The notes under the pieces: model-generated
Told to the model about the DNA's origin: nothing
What the model saw: only the letters and a program-made list of their open reading frames with translations
Databases searched by the model: none
Translations under genes and position numbers: made by a program
NCBI RefSeq assembly: GCF_001194135.2
Contig: NC_068999.1
Span: 30,363,369-30,427,368 of the forward strand
Length of the DNA: 64,000 bases
Source: Octopus bimaculoides
Taxonomy: Eukaryota
Direction: 5' to 3'
In this document: positions 59,920 to 64,000 of the stretch, one piece after another
How positions within the stretch are numbered: the stretch's first letter is position 1
Layout of the letters: each line of letters begins with the position of its first letter

Positions 59920-61400
59920 TCATGGCATATTCATGCCTTTGATGAATCGTGGCTTGTTCCTCCTCCATTTATTTCTGTCTCTCACAACATCACCCAGGTC
60001 TTTCTCGCTCTGCACGTTCTGTCTCTTCTTCATCCAGTCAAACATCTTCATTCTCTGCCTTCCTCTCACTCTCCCTCCCACCAGCTCAGTCTCCACCATG
60101 TAATGCTCCATTCTGTCGTCCTCTCTGAGAAAACGACCAACAAATCTCCACTGTCTCTCTCTCTGATAGTATCCATCAACTGTCTCTTCACTTTCATCCT
60201 CTTCAACACTTCCACATTCGTCATCCTCTGTACCCATGAGATTCTAAGCATTTTCTATAAAACCACATTTCTGCAGTTTTGAGTCTCTTCTCCATGACTT
60301 TGCTTATCGTCCAAGACTCACATCCATACACTAGCACTGACAAGTACTTCAATAGTCTTTTCTTGACTTCCATTCCAATTCTCTTTGCACAAAAAATGCT
60401 CCTTATATCCATAAAAGTCTTCTTTGCTAATCCAGTTCTGCACTTGATGTCCTTATCTGACCTTCCATCTGATGTTATCCAGCTTCCCAGATATATGAAA
60501 CTGTCCTTCTGCTCTATCCCAGTTCCATTCACCGTCAAGCGACATGCGAGTACCGGTGCTTTCTTGGTACAGACTATTGAGAAGGTTTTCTGGCAGTTAA
60601 TTGTTAATCCAAGCTTTCCACTCTCCTCAGTCATAATATTAATCAATCCTTGAAGCTTCTCCTCTGTGTCTGCAAACAAAGCCATATTGTCTGCGCACCT
60701 CAAATTGTTATAATTCTTTTCCCCCAGTTGTAGCCCTGAAATTGTCTTGATCTTGTGTAGAGCTTTCTCACTATACAAGTTGAATAAATCAGGTGACAAA
60801 ATACAACTCTGCCAGACACCTTTCTGAATGTCAATCCAGTCGCCCAATTCTCCATCCACTCTGATGGCTGCTTTCTGGTCCCAGTACAAATTTCGAATCA
60901 TTCTTAAATCTTTCCCATCAATCTCGAGCTCTTCCAACATTCTCACCAACTCTTCGTGCTTGACACAGTCAAATGCCTTCATATAGTCAATAAAACAGAT
61001 GTACAAGTTTTTTTGTTTCTCTATACACTTTTCCACCAACGTTCTCAAGCAGCATTTTTTGCCTCCTTTCCTGTTCGATAACTGAACTATTCATCTGATG
61101 GGTTTCCCCTAATATACCTTTCACTCGATTCAATTCCACTCTCAAAATAATCTTTGTCACATGACTCATTCTATGATTTTTGCACTCAATTGTTCCAGAC
61201 ATTTTAGGCAAGGCAAAGATTGATTCCAGCATTTCTTCTGGAACCATGCCTGGGTTGTAAACATGGTTCGCTATCTCTGTTCATTTTTCTACTCCAAAAC
61301 TCCCCAAAGCATTTACTAGTTCAAATGCAATGTAGTCATTTCCTGTCACTTTTCCACTTTTCATCTTGTCCATAGCTTGCTTGATTTCAGCTGCTGTAAT
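59866..61400 (-). mobile_element. 5'-truncated RTE (BovB-like) LINE with a (GA)n 3' tail
   Basis: FIDYMKAFDCVKH..RNLYWDQKAAIR..KGVWQSCILSPDLFNLYSE..LRCADNMAL..YLGSWIT..YGCESWT. A (TC)n tract at 59866-59914 abuts the 3' end. Confidence 0.9.
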
Positions 61401-61859
61401 CACTAAACTTAATTAAGTAACTGAATTGATTTTTCTTTCCCATTCTTCTGAATGCATTAAACTGAAGTGTACAGAACTGACTCATGGAACTTAGTTGATG
61501 TGGCACTAAAGTATCCATGTCTTCCAATATCTGATGATATGTGTATCAGCTTTATGCAACTCTAGTTATTAAATTACAGCTTCCCATATCAGTAAATGTA
61601 CTATTTTCTGTTCTTATAAATAAAAACTATTGTACTTAGAGGGCTGTGACAGATAAAGCTGATATTCATAGCTGACAACATGAAATGACGTAGAAATGCA
61701 GACATCCTAGGATCCAATAATGTGTTTTTGTACATTTTGTATGTGAAAAGAATTTTCTGCAGCAAAAGGTCTACTCACATCCAAGTGTACCTGATTGTGT
61801 TAAATATGATTGTACACAATTATATTTTATTCAATGTTGCTTTGTGAAAGTCTAGTGTT

Positions 61860-61896
<37 letters not shown>

Positions 61897-62409
61897 CATA
61901 CATACATATGAATATAACTTATATCATGTATAAAAATAATAGTGTGGGTGTGTGTGTATATGAAAAAGAGAGATGTGTGAACACAAAACACTACATTCTC
62001 ACATTATTAAGAAGAAACACCATTTGATTATTGATACATAATTCACATAAAAAATACTTAAGGCAATTTTTCTAAAAGATTTTTCAGGCAATCTCGATTG
62101 TTTACATAACAGTTCTAGCTTAAAATATCTGGAAATATATATATATAATTGTGCATGTGTGTGCATATACACACATAGCTATGAAGTTTTTAGACACTTG
62201 TTTCGTAATTGAGGAGCCCTGTGGAGTCTGAACTGATGCTGCTATAACTTGTGTCCGGACACAGTGATGGGATGCCTGAAAGAGAAATCAAATGACTGAA
62301 GGTTAGCTGGAATAAATTACATAGTACTTCACTAATTACCAATTGGAAACTCAATAATTACCAATAAGTGCCTCACAAATTATCACTAGACAAAATCAGT
62401 AATTAAGTA

Positions 62410-62720
62410 GTGCACGTGGCTTAGTGGTTGGGATATTTGGCTCACGATTGTAAGGTCATAAGTTCAATTCCCAGCAACGTGTTGTGTCCTTGAGCAAGAA
62501 ACTTTATTTTCATGTTTCTGCAGTCCACTCAGCTGACAAAAATGAGTCGTACCTGTATTTCAAAGGGTCAGCCTTGTCACACTCTGTGTCATGCTGAATC
62601 TCTCTGAGAACTGCCTTTAGGGTACACGTGTCCATGGAGTACTCAACCACTTGCATGTTAATTTCACAAGCAGGCTGTTCTGTTGATCCTATCAGCTGGG
62701 ACCCTTGTTATCATAACCGA
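62410..62720 (+). mobile_element. SINE with tRNA-like head and gtgtccttgagcaag..cagtccactcagctg central domain
   Basis: A/B-box-like tggcttagtgg and agttcaattccc, followed by a conserved SINE central-domain-like sequence. Confidence 0.6.
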
Positions 62721-64000
62721 CAGAGTGTTCCTATATCACCATCATCATCTTTGGTATCAACTTTCTATACTAGCATGGATTGGCCAGGTCACTGTAGCCA
62801 GCTCTTCGATACTGCTCTCCTAGATAGGTTGAAGAATTGCATCTCACTTGTTTGTCTCATTTTTGGTATTGTTTCTATACCCTTTCCAATTCTGACCATT
62901 ATACAGGAATGTACTGGATGCATTGTATTGAATCAACAATATTGGAGATGTTGTCCTCTCTACTGCATTGTTTCCATTCATTCATTTATCACATTACGCA
63001 AAGTAAAGAGTGCATTTTATCTTTGCACCAGCATCAGTTTAGTCTTGTCTTTGACAAGACTAAAGGGTCATCATGACTTAACACTTTACTAGGTGTATTG
63101 GGTACCATGACACATGGCACCTGCACTACAGAGATAGCCTTGACCTATACAGGGCGAAGGGGTCCTCTGAACCCCACATTTCTGCTTGCTTGCCAACTAC
63201 AGTACACAATGTCCTGACTGAATTTATAGTGTTACCAACAACAGTGAGAGTGGCACATACCTCAAGGATTTGAAGGTCTCTTCCACTCTATAAGGTGTTC
63301 ATTTATTAAGGGCTACATGACTGAAGAAGTGATTAGAAATTGACAAGAGAAGAACCAGGATGGGTGAATGAATACAATGGAAGTGTGATGGTAGAAAATG
63401 AGTGACTAGAATTGAGTGGTTGAGAGAAGAGAAGAGAGAGTGAAAAGAGAAGAGGATAAATGATAGGGGTGAATAATAGGTGTCAATGCCAGGTGGTCAA
63501 AGAAGAGGAGAGAGTTTAGAAGAGGTAATAATAGATATGTCCTGGAGCAGACATAAGATCTATGGTGATTAGGATAAAATGAAGAGATGAATGGGTCAGC
63601 TAACCCGAAAGCTTGATGCGGTGAGGAGAAATCCATTGCATTTTTTGGTTACACCAACAACCAAGTACAATGAGAGTGAAAAGATGGTGAACTGGCAGAA
63701 TCGTTAGCATGCTGGGAAAAATGTCCATCTTCACGTTCTGAGTTCAAATTCTGCTGAGATCAGCTTTGCCTTTCATCCTTTCGGGGTCAAATAATTAAGT
63801 GCCAGTGAAACACTGGGGTTGATGTAATTGACTAGTCCCCTCCCCAAAATTTCAAGGCCTTGTGCCTTCAGTAGAAAGGATTATTATCATCACAATAATA
63901 ATAATAATAATAATAATAATACCTGCCTGGATGCAGTACCAGGCAATGACTATCGTGGCTTCTGATCTTAACTGATTGGAAGTGTTATCATGTATATTGT

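Overview
AT-rich, repeat-dense eukaryotic genomic DNA. The SINE, RTE and Penelope repeat landscape suggests an octopus-type coleoid cephalopod; this is an inference. One protein-coding gene dominates the window: a + strand MDM2/MDM4-family p53 E3 ligase, whose coding exons can be read from 6352 to the stop at 42436 (about 565 codons; the initiator exon was not found). The main surprise is that it encodes TWO tandem SWIB/p53-binding domains. Each is built from the same 75-nt + 134-nt + phase-2 exon triplet, and three short linker exons join them in frame. The acidic region, RanBP2-type C4 zinc finger and C2H2C4 RING follow. Introns and flanks contain: an internally deleted Ty3/gypsy element (both LTRs, 5-bp TSD, self-complementary PBS region); mariner and Tc1 relics; a 110-bp MITE; a Helitron helicase relic; several RTE, CR1-like and Penelope-like fragments; two inverted-repeat structures carrying minimal type-I hammerhead ribozyme motifs; and many SINEs and mini/microsatellites. 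Two N gaps (29312-29411, 56919-57132) limit what can be seen. All alignments and translations were done by eye.
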